In this document: positions 18,943 through 29,117 of the stretch, piece after piece
Position numbering within the stretch: position 1 is the first letter of the stretch
How the letters are laid out: each line of letters opens with the position of its first letter
DNA from: Clostridiales bacterium DTU069
Lineage (GTDB): Bacteria > Bacillota > Clostridia > DSM-8532
DNA length: 64,000 nt
NCBI GenBank assembly: GCA_001512485.1
Contig: LFRV01000074.1
Location: forward strand, 38,774 to 102,773
Direction of reading: 5' to 3'
The notes under the pieces: model-generated
Told to the model about the DNA's origin: nothing
Databases searched by the model: none
Seen by the model: the letters and a program-made list of their open reading frames with translations, nothing else
Program-made: the position numbers and the translations under genes

Positions 18943-19929
18943 TCAGAGCCAATCTATTTTCATGGCGGCTCTTACTTCATACATCGTTTTTTCCGCAATT
19001 TCACGGGCTTTACCGTTGCCGTCATTAATGACATCTTTTATATAATCCGGCCGCTTTAGAAGCTCCGTTCTTTTTTCATGTATCGGCGTATGGAACTCCT
19101 TAACTTTCAGGGCAAGGTTTTTCTTGCACTGAACGCACCCTATCGCGCCTTTCCTGCAGTTTTCTTCAATTTCGGGAACCTCGTTTTCATTGAATATTTT
19201 ATGGAACGCGAAAACAGTACAGACTTCCGGATGCCCCGGATCTGTTTTTCTAATCCGGGCAGGGTCGGTAATCATATTCATTACTTTTTTATAAACCTCG
19301 TCCGGGGTATCGGAAAATGATATCGTGTTATTATAGCTCTTGCTCATTTTCCTTCCGTCAAGGCCGGGAAGTACTTTTGCTTTTGTTAAAAGCGACTGCG
19401 GTTCAGGAAAAACATTTCCGTAAAGAAAATTAAACCTTCGCGCTATTTCCCTCGTCAATTCCACATGTGGGACCTGATCTTCGCCGACCGGGACGTAATC
19501 GGCTTTATACATCAAAATATCGGCGGCCTGCAGACATGGATAGCCTAAAAAGCCGTGAGTCGTTATATTTTTTTCTTTCATCTGTGCCAACTGATCCTTG
19601 TAAGTAGGATTGCGGGTAAGCCATGAAATCGGCGTTATCATAGAAAATAAGAGGTGCAGCTCCGCATGCTGCTTTATCGCGCTTTGAAGAAAGAAAACAC
19701 ACTTGGACGGATCGAGCCCTGTACTGATCCAGTCGGCTATCATTTCGGTAATATTATCTTTATACCTCGTGGTATCTTCATATCCTGTTGTCAGCGCATG
19801 CCAATCCGCAACAAAATAGTGGCATGAATAATCGTCCTGAAGACGTATCCAGTTTTCAAGAGCTCCGAAATAGTTCCCAAAATGCAATACGCCTGTTGGA
19901 CGCATGCCGCTGAGTATTGTCTTTTTCAT
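18943..19929 (-). CDS. trpS: Tryptophan--tRNA ligase
   Basis: Class I motifs are present (GMRPTGVLHFGNYFG, KMSKS). The start is at the ATG preceded by GGAGG; the ORF is open up to 19965. Confidence 0.93.
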   Translation of the reverse strand: MKKTILSGMRPTGVLHFGNYFGALENWIRLQDDYSCHYFVADWHALTTGYEDTTRYKDNITEMIADWISTGLDPSKCVFFLQSAIKQHAELHLLFSMITPISWLTRNPTYKDQLAQMKEKNITTHGFLGYPCLQAADILMYKADYVPVGEDQVPHVELTREIARRFNFLYGNVFPEPQSLLTKAKVLPGLDGRKMSKSYNNTISFSDTPDEVYKKVMNMITDPARIRKTDPGHPEVCTVFAFHKIFNENEVPEIEENCRKGAIGCVQCKKNLALKVKEFHTPIHEKRTELLKRPDYIKDVINDGNGKAREIAEKTMYEVRAAMKIDWL

Positions 19930-20051
19930 AAAAACCTCCGTAACTGTCTGCTGATTTGCATCCAAGCTGCCGGTAATAATCCGTACCCGCTTTATTTAAT
20001 ATTAACTTATCATCCGATGAAAGTCCATACGTAAACAGGAGAAGAATGCAA

Positions 20052-20717
20052 TCATACAAAAAGGCCGATGATTTTTTCCGTTACCCACAGCATGCTGTTG
20101 GCGATAGGTTTTGTAAAAAAGCCCAAAACCGTACTTATTATACCGGGGAAAACAATGACGGCAACAAGAAATATCATGCCTATCGTTCTCTCATGCTGCA
20201 TAAAACGGAAATATTTATCGGCAGGCAGAACGCCCGACAGTACTTTCGAGCCGTCAAGCGGCGGTATGGGCAGAAGATTAAATATCGCAAGGTTAAGATT
20301 AACGGAAAAAAACAATGATAAAAACAGCAGCCAGTATGTTACGATATTGTTTCCGCGCACTATTAAACCGTACATTGTAATAAAAGAAAGCTGGTAAAGA
20401 AAAATGCCCATGAACGCCAATACCAGATTTGAAAGAGGCCCTGCGATGCTTACAAGCATCATGCCCTTTTTCCTGTCCCTGAAAAAAAACGGGTTTACCG
20501 GAACAGGCTTGGCCCATCCTATTCGGGCAACAAAAAGCATTATTGTTCCTATCGGATCAAGGTGCTTTAACGGGTTAAGGGTAAGGCGCCCCTGATCTTT
20601 CGCCGTCATGTCCCCAAGCCTGTATGCCGTGTATCCATGAGACAGCTCATGGATTGTCAGCGATATAAGAAGGACCGGAATTATTAATATATATTGTTCA
20701 AGACTTTGGTTAAGCAT
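20052..20717 (-). CDS. Site-2 protease family (M50) membrane metalloprotease
   Basis: 221-aa polytopic ORF with HELSHG (HExxH) and NLLPIPPLDG motifs. Confidence 0.85.
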   Translation of the reverse strand: MLNQSLEQYILIIPVLLISLTIHELSHGYTAYRLGDMTAKDQGRLTLNPLKHLDPIGTIMLFVARIGWAKPVPVNPFFFRDRKKGMMLVSIAGPLSNLVLAFMGIFLYQLSFITMYGLIVRGNNIVTYWLLFLSLFFSVNLNLAIFNLLPIPPLDGSKVLSGVLPADKYFRFMQHERTIGMIFLVAVIVFPGIISTVLGFFTKPIANSMLWVTEKIIGLFV

Positions 20718-20762
20718 AGAAATCTCCTTTTAAAAAAGATACGCATAAGGCGGCAAAAAGTT

Positions 20763-21143
20763 TTACAATCCCAATAATTTCAACACCGGCTCAATAAAAA
20801 CAAATACGCCGATAAACGCGGCTGCGGCAGCGGATACAAGAACGGCAGCCGCCGCAAGATCCTTTACCCTTTTTGCATTTATTGAATACTCTTTAGTTAT
20901 CATGTCTACAAGCGTTTCAGCGGCCGTATTCACTAATTCCGAGACAAAAACGAAACCGAATGCCACAAATACCAGTGCCCATTTTACAAATGAAATTCTG
21001 AAAAATATGCCTAATATAACAACAATAACTGCCGTTATGCAGTGTATCCTGAAATTCCTTTCCTGCGTAAAAGCCGTTTTCATTCCCTGCGCGGCATATT
21101 TAAAGCTGTCAAACAATGTTCTGCTTTTCATATTATTCTCCAT
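20763..21143 (-). CDS. dgkA: Diacylglycerol/undecaprenol kinase (DgkA family)
   Basis: 126-aa ORF with three TM helices and the VSELVNTAAETLVD motif. It follows ybeY, as in the B. subtilis yqf cluster. Confidence 0.85.
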   Translation of the reverse strand: MENNMKSRTLFDSFKYAAQGMKTAFTQERNFRIHCITAVIVVILGIFFRISFVKWALVFVAFGFVFVSELVNTAAETLVDMITKEYSINAKRVKDLAAAAVLVSAAAAAFIGVFVFIEPVLKLLGL

Positions 21144-21155
21144 AATAATGATTAA

Positions 21156-21647
21156 TCATTTACGCGTAAGCCCTATCTCGGACAGAACCTGTTCCTGCCT
21201 CTTCTCCATTATATCGCTCCTGGGCGGGCTTTCATGATCATATCCGAGCAGGTGCAGCAGGCCGTGAAGCGCTAAAAACGCAAGCTCCCTTTCTTCACCA
21301 TGGCCATATTCCTTTGCCTGTTCAATGGCTTTTGGAACAGATATTACTATATCGCCGAGAAATAGCTTCCCGTCTTCCATATCCGGTTCGCCCGGTTTTA
21401 CAACAAATTCCCCATCCTTCATTTCAAGCATCGGAAACGACAGGACATCGGTAACGCTATCTTTATTTCTATACTCCCGGTTTATCCTTTGAATCTCTTC
21501 ATTCTCGACAAGGAGAATAAAAACCAATGGCGGGTATTCGATATTCTCAATCCTGAATGCGGTCACCACGACTTTCGTCAGCAGAGTTTTTAGACTCTTC
21601 AGTGGAAGGTATCTCTTTTTCAGTTTGCTTTGAATTATTACCTTCAT
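21156..21647 (-). CDS. ybeY: rRNA maturation endoribonuclease YbeY
   Basis: 163-aa ORF with INREYRNKDSVTDVLSFP and HGLLHLLGYDH. The ATG at 21647 has a GGGAG RBS 9 nt upstream, and the N-terminal length matches YbeY homologues. Confidence 0.9.
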   Translation of the reverse strand: MKVIIQSKLKKRYLPLKSLKTLLTKVVVTAFRIENIEYPPLVFILLVENEEIQRINREYRNKDSVTDVLSFPMLEMKDGEFVVKPGEPDMEDGKLFLGDIVISVPKAIEQAKEYGHGEERELAFLALHGLLHLLGYDHESPPRSDIMEKRQEQVLSEIGLTRK

Positions 21648-23835
21648 TCTTTTTCTCCCTTTTATCCTGCTGTATTATATTATATACCTGATTATCAAGT
21701 TCACTCAGGGAATCTTTTTTCTCAAGTTCGGGATATTCGTTCCTTTCGTGAAAAACTCCGCTAAGAACCGTTAAGAAGGCATTCGCTATATCGTTCATAT
21801 CCTTCAGCGTCAGGTCGCAGTTGTCAAGCTGACCGTCATCCAGCTTATCTTTAATTATTTTCCGGATCAGTCCTTCTATTTTACCCTTTGTTTTATCCGG
21901 CATCGAGCGGACAGCGGCTTCAACTGAATCGGCCAAAAGAACAACAGCGGCTTCCCTGCTCTGAGGTATCGGCCCCTCGTACCGGAAATTGCCTTCTTTC
22001 ACTTCGACACCCTTTTCTCCCTGTTTTGCCTTATGGTAAAAATACGCGACCAAAGTAGAGCCGTGATGCTGCAGTATTATATCCCGGATAGCCTTCGGCA
22101 GTTTATGTTTCTTGGCCAGTTCATCCCCATCCTTCGTATGGGATGTAATAACCAATGTACTAAGATTAGGAGTTATCCTGTCGTGCGGGTTTTCCGACAT
22201 CTGGTTTTCCTTGAAAAAACCGGGACGCATCAGTTTTCCGATATCGTGAAAATACGCTCCTACCCTGGCAAGCAAAGCATTCCCGCCGATTTGCCTTACC
22301 GCGACCTCCGAAAGGTTCCCCACCATCAGGCTGTGATGATAAGTCCCCGGCGCTTCCATCAAAAGTCTCTTTAACAGCGGGTGGTTCGGATCTGCCAATT
22401 CAAGAAGCTTCAATGGGGTTATAACATTAAAGATGCTTTCAAGGAACGGAAGCAGGCCTATCGCGAGAATTACCGACAATATCCCGTTAAGAAACGCAAT
22501 CCCGCCCTCGTATAAGAACGTGGTCCATTCCTTTTTTTCAATAACTCCGACACACGCAACGACAACTATGTTTATAGCACCAATAATCAACCCGGCAAGC
22601 GAAATTTTTCTTCTCTGGCTCGCATTTGCGGATAAAAACGCAGCAACTGTACCGCTTATAAACAGCATAATAATAAAAGCCGCGTTTTCGGGAAACATCA
22701 ATGAAGCCGCAAAGGTGATCACAATGTTGACAACAACGGCAAGTTGTATATTCAGAAAAATCGCCAAAAGAACCGGAGCAATAAACCCTATTGTAAAATA
22801 GGGAGCATATTCGGGTATAATTTCTTTGGCCATCCATGCTAAAAATACCGTAAGAACAATAATTGTCGCAATAAGCAGCAAATCGTTGCGGCTGGCAAAG
22901 TGTTTTTTCGAAAAGAATTTCATGAACAGCGCAAGAACAAACCACAGCATGAACAACAGAAGCAGTACGGACGCGAGAAACAAATAATCCGGCCTGTTCT
23001 TTTCATCGACCGAACCAAGCCTTCTTAAAACATCAATCTTGTCGGCTGTGACAATCTCTCCCTTGCGCAGTATTATCTCGTTCCGGTAAATCATAACGGG
23101 ATTTTCAGATTTATATGCCTCAATGAAAGCGTTCTTCTGATTCTCGGTAGCTGCTTCGTCAATTATGCTGTTTGGAACAAGAATTTCTGAAAGAATCCGT
23201 TTGCCTAACTGCTGAATTTGAATCGAAGAAATACGCTGATCAATTTTCAGGTTGTATGTTGCAAGAGTCTGGGAAAGATTCTCAGCGGTTACATTCGCTA
23301 CGGAAATCTGCTGCATGAATTCCCGGACAAAGAGTTCCTTCAGTTCACGGATTTCCGGGCCGGTTTCCTGCTTAAACAGATAAGTCAGCACTTCCCGCGG
23401 GATATCAAGCAGAATTGAAGCCGACTTTCCATAAGAATCTTTGTCAATAAGCTCCGCCGGATCTTTTTCCTGGTTTTTGCTCAGTTCAGGTATAAGATCT
23501 GTTCTGATATTTTCCAAATCATCGAAAAAATCATATATTTCGCCGAGCATTTTTGTATTGGCATTTTCCAACTCCCTTATAACAGGCGGGATCTCCTTAA
23601 CCTTTTCAAGGGCAAGCTCTTCCGTTTTCATCGTATTCTCAATATCTCTCGGAGCGCGTATGTCAAATTCGGATCTCATGCCCAAAGTGAGCTTATACCT
23701 TTTCGGGGCCGCACCGGAGGATATCATCGCGAAAACCGCCAGTAAAGAAACAATGCCAATCAGCAAGCGCTGAAAAATGTCGTTTTTAAAGACTTGTCCA
23801 AACCCGGTTTTCTTTTTTTTCTTATCAGTTTTCAC
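21547..23835 (-). CDS. pgpH: 7TM-receptor/HD-domain phosphohydrolase (PgpH/YqfF family, c-di-AMP phosphodiesterase type)
   Basis: Extracellular domain, 7 TM helices and an HD domain (HHSLMVGNL, YFHDIGK). The start is set at the GTG preceded by GGGGAG; the ORF is open up to 23913, inside phoH. Confidence 0.85.
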   Translation of the reverse strand: MKTDKKKKKTGFGQVFKNDIFQRLLIGIVSLLAVFAMISSGAAPKRYKLTLGMRSEFDIRAPRDIENTMKTEELALEKVKEIPPVIRELENANTKMLGEIYDFFDDLENIRTDLIPELSKNQEKDPAELIDKDSYGKSASILLDIPREVLTYLFKQETGPEIRELKELFVREFMQQISVANVTAENLSQTLATYNLKIDQRISSIQIQQLGKRILSEILVPNSIIDEAATENQKNAFIEAYKSENPVMIYRNEIILRKGEIVTADKIDVLRRLGSVDEKNRPDYLFLASVLLLLFMLWFVLALFMKFFSKKHFASRNDLLLIATIIVLTVFLAWMAKEIIPEYAPYFTIGFIAPVLLAIFLNIQLAVVVNIVITFAASLMFPENAAFIIMLFISGTVAAFLSANASQRRKISLAGLIIGAINIVVVACVGVIEKKEWTTFLYEGGIAFLNGILSVILAIGLLPFLESIFNVITPLKLLELADPNHPLLKRLLMEAPGTYHHSLMVGNLSEVAVRQIGGNALLARVGAYFHDIGKLMRPGFFKENQMSENPHDRITPNLSTLVITSHTKDGDELAKKHKLPKAIRDIILQHHGSTLVAYFYHKAKQGEKGVEVKEGNFRYEGPIPQSREAAVVLLADSVEAAVRSMPDKTKGKIEGLIRKIIKDKLDDGQLDNCDLTLKDMNDIANAFLTVLSGVFHERNEYPELEKKDSLSELDNQVYNIIQQDKREKKNEGNNSKQTEKEIPSTEESKNSADESRGDRIQD

Positions 23836-23860
23836 TGCTACTCCCCTTTCCCGGCATCTT

Positions 23861-24856
23861 CTACCGCTTTTCTTTCCGGGCCGGTTTGGCTTTAGACTGT
23901 CCCCGGGATTCATAACGCTCGTATGCCTTTATTATTCGCTGGACAAGTTCATGCCGTATCACATCTCTTTCATTAAGGTATACGAAACTTAACCCTTCGA
24001 CATCCGATAGAATCTCCTGTACAACAACCAAACCGGACTTTTTGTCTCCCGGCAGATCAATCTGTGTAATGTCACCGGTAACAATTGCTTTAGAGCCTGT
24101 ACCAATTCTTGTTAAAAACATTTTCATCTGCTCGGGTGTCGTATTCTGTGCCTCGTCGAGTATAATGAACGAGTCGTCCAGCGTCCGCCCGCGCATGTAT
24201 GCAAGCGGAGCCACTTCAATAATTCCCTTTTCCATATTGCTCAAATATGTTTCAGGACCCATTATTTGATACAGGGCATCGTATAACGGTCTCAAATAAG
24301 GATCTACCTTGTTTTGCATATCTCCTGGCAGGAAACCAAGCCTTTCGCCTGCTTCCACCGCCGGCCTCGTTAGGATAATCCTGCTGACCGCCTTCTCACG
24401 AAAGGCTTTTACAGCCATCGCAACAGCGAGGTATGTCTTTCCCGTGCCTGCCGGTCCTATTGCAAACACAACGGTATTTTTCCGTACCGCTTCAATATAT
24501 TTCTTTTGCCCGTATGTTTTGGATTTTATAGGTTTGCCCCGCGCCGTCAGGCAGACAAGATCAATCGGGAGTTCATCTTTTTCTATATTTTCACCGTTTA
24601 TTGATATAAAATAATTTACATTCTGTGTCGTAATCGTATCGCCTTCCCTTGCAATCGCAAGCAGTTTTTCAATAATTTCGAGCGCCTGATCGACTTTCGA
24701 TTCAAAACCTGATACCTTAACCTCATTCTCCCTGTTTGTTATTTTAACGTCCAGCGTGTTTTCCAATATGCGGATATTTTGGTCGCGATATCCAAACAGG
24801 TTAATCGCTGTCTCCATATCCGGCAGTTCGATATATTTTTCTACGACTGTTTCCAA
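23861..24856 (-). CDS. phoH: PhoH-like ATPase
   Basis: 331-aa ORF with Walker A GPAGTGKTYLAV and the PhoH signature ILDEAQNTTPEQMKMFLTRIG. Confidence 0.92.
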   Translation of the reverse strand: METVVEKYIELPDMETAINLFGYRDQNIRILENTLDVKITNRENEVKVSGFESKVDQALEIIEKLLAIAREGDTITTQNVNYFISINGENIEKDELPIDLVCLTARGKPIKSKTYGQKKYIEAVRKNTVVFAIGPAGTGKTYLAVAMAVKAFREKAVSRIILTRPAVEAGERLGFLPGDMQNKVDPYLRPLYDALYQIMGPETYLSNMEKGIIEVAPLAYMRGRTLDDSFIILDEAQNTTPEQMKMFLTRIGTGSKAIVTGDITQIDLPGDKKSGLVVVQEILSDVEGLSFVYLNERDVIRHELVQRIIKAYERYESRGQSKAKPARKEKR

Positions 24857-26050
24857 TCAATCTCCTCCAATTTCCTGCTCAATTGCAATATCTTCCACAC
24901 ATTCCGCGGTTATAATCAAATATTCGGCATCCTCTTCCTTAATAAGCTGTACTTGTTTATCAACAACCTTCGCGCCGTGCGGAATCATTTTTCTAAGTTC
25001 CGTTTCAGCAGAATTTCTTGCTGCTTCTATTGCCTGATCATGATCGAGCGTTCTTTCCTCTTCATACAGCTCAAAAAAGCGCTGTATCGTAATCCCGAAC
25101 GGCAGCCTGAACTTTTTTCCAATCACCGGAGCCTTGTCAAAAATGCTTGTTTCATATAATGTAAACGGATTTTTTCCTGACGGCAGCGGTATTTTGAAAT
25201 CCAAAAAATATACGCTTGTTTTGTTCCACTCGTTTCCTGTCCTTTTTCTGACCGTCTCCTTTTTGGGAACCTCCCTTTTTACTTCGTACCATGTACGGGC
25301 TATTACTTCACCTATCGCATGAACGTACCTGGCACCGAACTCCGGACGGATACTCTCGATAATCCCGGAAATTAGAACCTGTCCCCTAATTATAGTATCT
25401 CCCTGTTTAACCAGCGCCAAACCATTTTTAACTATAATCGATACGACAATCCCGTCTCTTTTGGCTATAATATGACACGGCTTGTCAACAGGAACAACAG
25501 CCGGAGGCTCAACTCCTTCCCTGACGGATATAATAAGCCTTGTTCCCTTTATTTCAACTCCGACCCATGACAGATCACTGTTTTTCAACATCAGCGTATC
25601 GGCAACAAGTTTAGGGTTTATCCGGCGCTTTAACGTACCCCGGTATATTCCCATATCATTTATCTGTTCAATTATAACACCCGTATCCACAATCGAGTTT
25701 CCTTGTATATCAATCGACCATACAATTGATGTCATAAGGTAAACAAGTATCGCAAATACGAGCATTCCGGCAACAAACCCCTTGCGTTTTTTATAAACCG
25801 TCAATATGTACGGCAAGCCTTTCTTACTTTGAATGCGGACACGGCACCGCGACTTTCTTGCGGCGGTACGGGATTTTTTGAAACCGTTTATGCTCATCTT
25901 CATGCGTACCGAACCCGGCGTTATCCGCTCCACATCCCAAAGCAGTATCTGCCTGCGCGTACAAATATTAATAAACTTCTCAGCATAAGCACCGGTTACA
26001 ATAATAATAACATACCCTTTTAAATAATGCCATAAGCGAATTAGGAACAT
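24857..26050 (-). CDS. yqfD: Sporulation protein YqfD
   Basis: 397-aa ORF with one TM helix. It lies between yqfC and phoH, and the family-like sequence GYVIIIVTG...INGF is present. Confidence 0.8.
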   Translation of the reverse strand: MFLIRLWHYLKGYVIIIVTGAYAEKFINICTRRQILLWDVERITPGSVRMKMSINGFKKSRTAARKSRCRVRIQSKKGLPYILTVYKKRKGFVAGMLVFAILVYLMTSIVWSIDIQGNSIVDTGVIIEQINDMGIYRGTLKRRINPKLVADTLMLKNSDLSWVGVEIKGTRLIISVREGVEPPAVVPVDKPCHIIAKRDGIVVSIIVKNGLALVKQGDTIIRGQVLISGIIESIRPEFGARYVHAIGEVIARTWYEVKREVPKKETVRKRTGNEWNKTSVYFLDFKIPLPSGKNPFTLYETSIFDKAPVIGKKFRLPFGITIQRFFELYEEERTLDHDQAIEAARNSAETELRKMIPHGAKVVDKQVQLIKEEDAEYLIITAECVEDIAIEQEIGGD

Positions 26051-26063
26051 ATTCTACTCCATC

Positions 26064-26369
26064 TTAAACATAATCAATATTGTCAATGTCGCCGAAAATA
26101 ATAATATCCTCACTTGTGATTTCCCTTATTTTCATATTTTTCCCCGTAATCGTGATTATGCCGTAATTTGAATTTATTCTTACTCTTTCGCCGGTAAATT
26201 CAATAATACCGCTGTGATTTTCTACAAAAACCTCTTTCCCGCCTACAGCGGTAACTTTAGGGCGGTCGGATAGAACATCTTCAGGAAGCTCAAGAAGCTT
26301 AGCGACTTTTTCCCTAATCGTAACGGAATCTTTTTTTTTTCTTCCGGTCCGGCGCTCTGTTTTTTTCAT
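26064..26369 (-). CDS. yqfC: Sporulation protein YqfC
   Basis: 101-aa ORF containing VTAVGGKEVFVENHSGIIEFTGERVRINSNYGIITITGKNMKIREI. Confidence 0.8.
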   Translation of the reverse strand: MKKTERRTGRKKKDSVTIREKVAKLLELPEDVLSDRPKVTAVGGKEVFVENHSGIIEFTGERVRINSNYGIITITGKNMKIREITSEDIIIFGDIDNIDYV

Positions 26370-27304
26370 TGGGTTTCACCTCTCGCGTATGCTTCCAAGT
26401 CAAAAACGTTACCAAACTCATAACCCATTTTGCGCGCATCGTTGATAATCCGTTCCAGCGCATTGGCGTTATCCGCCGATACGGCATGCAGTAAAAGAAT
26501 AGCGCCGTTGTGAAGATTCGGCATTACCATGTTATAAGCATGCTCCCATCCTTTTTGACTGTTCCTGTCCCAGTCTTTATAGGCAAAACTCCAAAACATA
26601 TTTATATATCCCATCTTTGAGGTCAATTCAAGAGTATGTTCGCTGTATTCTCCTTTTGGCGGCCTAAGGAAAACCATGTGTTTTTTGAATTTTTCATAGA
26701 AAAGCCGATCAAGATCGGCCACTTCCTTTACAAGCTGTTCATCGGTTAATGTCGGGAGACTTAAATGGCGGACGGTATGGTTCCCGACGGCATGGCCCTC
26801 CTCAACCATTCTGCGCACAAGGTCCTCATGATGGTTAAGATATGGGCCTGTAATGAAAAAAACCGCGTTTACTTTCGTTTTGGACAATACGTCAAGAATG
26901 TCATCGGTATAGCCGTTTTCATATCCTTCGTCAAAAGTCAGGTAAATAACCGGTTTTTCAGTGTCCGCCAGATATATCGAATTATATTTTTTTAATAGTT
27001 CCGGCGCTCCCGGATCAGCTTGCGGGGTCTTGTGATTTTTTACCCTTACAATGCCCCAACTGCGCAAACGTTTTGGATTTTGTTCCTCCGAGCCGTAAGT
27101 ATATGACGCCGGATAATAGCCATCCTCGTAACCGCCGGTTATTTCCACACTGAAATCAAGATCATTAAAACTTAATTGAAACAATGTGCGCAGATCATCT
27201 TTTTTGTTAACATTATTTCGTATGAGAATGAAGGTGCATAACAGTATGATTAAAACTACGGACAATATAACAGTTTGCTTCCGATTCATCAAACCATACT
27301 CCAA
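26366..27304 (-). CDS. Polysaccharide deacetylase, PdaA-like (delta-lactam-biosynthetic de-N-acetylase type)
   Basis: 312-aa ORF with an N-terminal TM helix and a NodB domain (IYLTFDEGYENGYT, VNAVFFITG, GHAVGNHTVRH). Confidence 0.75.
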   Translation of the reverse strand: MEYGLMNRKQTVILSVVLIILLCTFILIRNNVNKKDDLRTLFQLSFNDLDFSVEITGGYEDGYYPASYTYGSEEQNPKRLRSWGIVRVKNHKTPQADPGAPELLKKYNSIYLADTEKPVIYLTFDEGYENGYTDDILDVLSKTKVNAVFFITGPYLNHHEDLVRRMVEEGHAVGNHTVRHLSLPTLTDEQLVKEVADLDRLFYEKFKKHMVFLRPPKGEYSEHTLELTSKMGYINMFWSFAYKDWDRNSQKGWEHAYNMVMPNLHNGAILLLHAVSADNANALERIINDARKMGYEFGNVFDLEAYARGETQ

Positions 27305-27399
27305 TAAAAAAAGAGCCTTCTTTAACTAAAATTTATGCATAAATCATCGATAAAGAACAATCTCTTATTGTTCCTATAATATATATATTGTTTTTTGCA

Positions 27400-27469
27400 T
27401 AAAAAATGCCGGGCTTGTTGAAGATCGTTCATCCGTCCGGATAAACAGGAACTTCAAAAAGCCCGGCAC
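27400..27469 (-). terminator. Rho-independent terminator after the DUF881 gene pair
   Basis: 17-bp stem with 16 paired positions (TGCCGGGCTTTTTGAAG / CTTCAACAAGCCCGGCA), a 28-nt loop, then TTTTTT on the minus strand. Confidence 0.7.
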
Positions 27470-27491
27470 AAGCCTGAAAGTTTGAGGCTCT

Positions 27492-28187
27492 CTATTCAAC
27501 AGGTTCGAGCATGTCGTACCGCAAAACGGTTCCATCGGTGCGTACCGCAGGAATTATAACGTTTTCTTCCTTCTTTACATCGACCTTAATATTATAATAT
27601 TTCAGCATATCAACAACGCCTTCCATGATTTTTAACGAGCCTTCGAGATTATCCGGATCGGCTATGGCTTTTATAACATACGGCGGTAAAAGCCTTCTGC
27701 CGTTCACCATCATATATCCGCCGGACCTGCGGACTTCGCTCGTTGCTATAATTCTTTCGTCGTTCACCGCAAGGGCCTGAACATCGGCAGCCCTCAGCTC
27801 ATTAAGCACGGCAAGTATGTTGTCGTCATCAACAGGGGCGTTTCCTATACCTTCGATAGTAACAATAACACCTCTGCCTTTAACCGTTTTTAACCCGGCA
27901 ATTATTTCCAGTCGAAGAATCTCTTCCTTCAGCTTTTCAATCGTCTCCGCATCACTTTTGCTGTCATTCCTATAAAACTCAAGATCTTTCTGCAATTCTT
28001 CTATCCGGTGCGTAAGCTGTTCATTCGTTTCCTGTTCCCTTAACAGTTCCATTATTAAATCATTTACCCTTTGCTGTTCATAAACGGCAAGCGTGTTATT
28101 TACTTTCACGCTCCTGTACTGCATTGCGATTATTATTCCAAGCAGCAGGCAGACAACCGTTAAAGACGACACTTTAAATATCTTCAT
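27492..28187 (-). CDS. DUF881 family protein (YlxW/YlxX-like)
   Basis: 231-aa ORF with an N-terminal TM helix, a coiled coil and GRGVIVTIEG...VLNELRAADVQALAVNDERI...PYVIKAIADP. Confidence 0.8.
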   Translation of the reverse strand: MKIFKVSSLTVVCLLLGIIIAMQYRSVKVNNTLAVYEQQRVNDLIMELLREQETNEQLTHRIEELQKDLEFYRNDSKSDAETIEKLKEEILRLEIIAGLKTVKGRGVIVTIEGIGNAPVDDDNILAVLNELRAADVQALAVNDERIIATSEVRRSGGYMMVNGRRLLPPYVIKAIADPDNLEGSLKIMEGVVDMLKYYNIKVDVKKEENVIIPAVRTDGTVLRYDMLEPVE

Positions 28188-28912
28188 TTTTCGATAACCT
28201 CCATACCCGATATCATGCTATCAATATTTTTGTAGGCTTTAAACTTCGGAATCACTATTTCATCTTCTTTTTTTATGTCAACACGGATATTATACAAACG
28301 CATAATCACAACAGCTTCGCTTTCCTCAAGAGCCTGATAAAGCAAATCGGGATCTCCTATCGCTTTTATTACATACGGTACCGGATAACGATTTCTGTTT
28401 ATTAGTATTGTGGGACCGGCGCATATCTGTTTGCTTGTTGCGAGAATTCTCTCGTCATTAATCGAAATAGCCTGGGCTCCGGCTGCTTTAAGTTCATTAA
28501 GAACAGCCGAAATATCTCCATCGTGAATAATAAGCTCATTGGGATCCATGTCCGGATCTCTGGCGGGAGCGTCATTAAGCGTTACCACGACTCCCCTGCC
28601 CTTTACATCCAAAAGACCGCATATAAGCTCCAATTCGTCTTTTCTTATCAGCAGTTCGTTTATAATGGGATTGCTGTCATTGCTCAACCGGCGTTCCGCT
28701 TCTTCTATTTCCTTTTCGATACGCTGGAGTTGTTCATGCAGTTTCAGGCCCTCCGCCCTGATCTGTTCCAATTCATCCGTTAATTTTTGAACGGATGACT
28801 CGCCTATAACGCTTGGCTGCCTGGCAGATATAATTGTTCTGAACTGCATCGTGATAACCATGCCCAAAATAATAAACGCAACGAAAATTATGCCTTTTGA
28901 TTTGTTCGACAT
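28184..28912 (-). CDS. DUF881 family protein (paralogue of the downstream gene)
   Basis: 242-aa ORF with the same architecture (GRGVVVTLND...VLNELKAAGAQAISINDERI...PYVIKAIGDP). The two genes overlap by 4 nt. Confidence 0.8.
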   Translation of the reverse strand: MSNKSKGIIFVAFIILGMVITMQFRTIISARQPSVIGESSVQKLTDELEQIRAEGLKLHEQLQRIEKEIEEAERRLSNDSNPIINELLIRKDELELICGLLDVKGRGVVVTLNDAPARDPDMDPNELIIHDGDISAVLNELKAAGAQAISINDERILATSKQICAGPTILINRNRYPVPYVIKAIGDPDLLYQALEESEAVVIMRLYNIRVDIKKEDEIVIPKFKAYKNIDSMISGMEVIEK

Positions 28913-29117
28913 ACGCTCCCCCCTTTCGAAACAAACTGCAAAAGAAATAAATGCCGTAGTATAATTGCAATGCGAAAACTAATGCCTATCTTTATTTTAT
29001 AGGCTTTTTGAATAAGATACAATAGTTTCCCGAAGAGTTGTCACCAGGGTAATAATACCCAAACCGGGACCCGCGGGAATTACGCCAAAAACACAGCGGG
29101 TGGCTCGGGTGATTGTT

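Noticed and set aside
19930-20051. T-box leader upstream of trpS
   Set aside because: Only about 120 bp is available, with no GGGTGGTACCGCG-like T-box sequence and no specifier or terminator architecture. trpS is probably co-transcribed with the upstream M50 protease gene.
26331-26340. A (T)10 homopolymer (A10 on the coding strand, Lys codons) in yqfC, with similar A/T runs in pgpH and the GH36 gene, as possible phase-variation tracts
   Set aside because: These are Lys-coding A-runs in a moderately AT-rich genome. All the genes are intact and in frame, and nothing suggests slipped-strand regulation.
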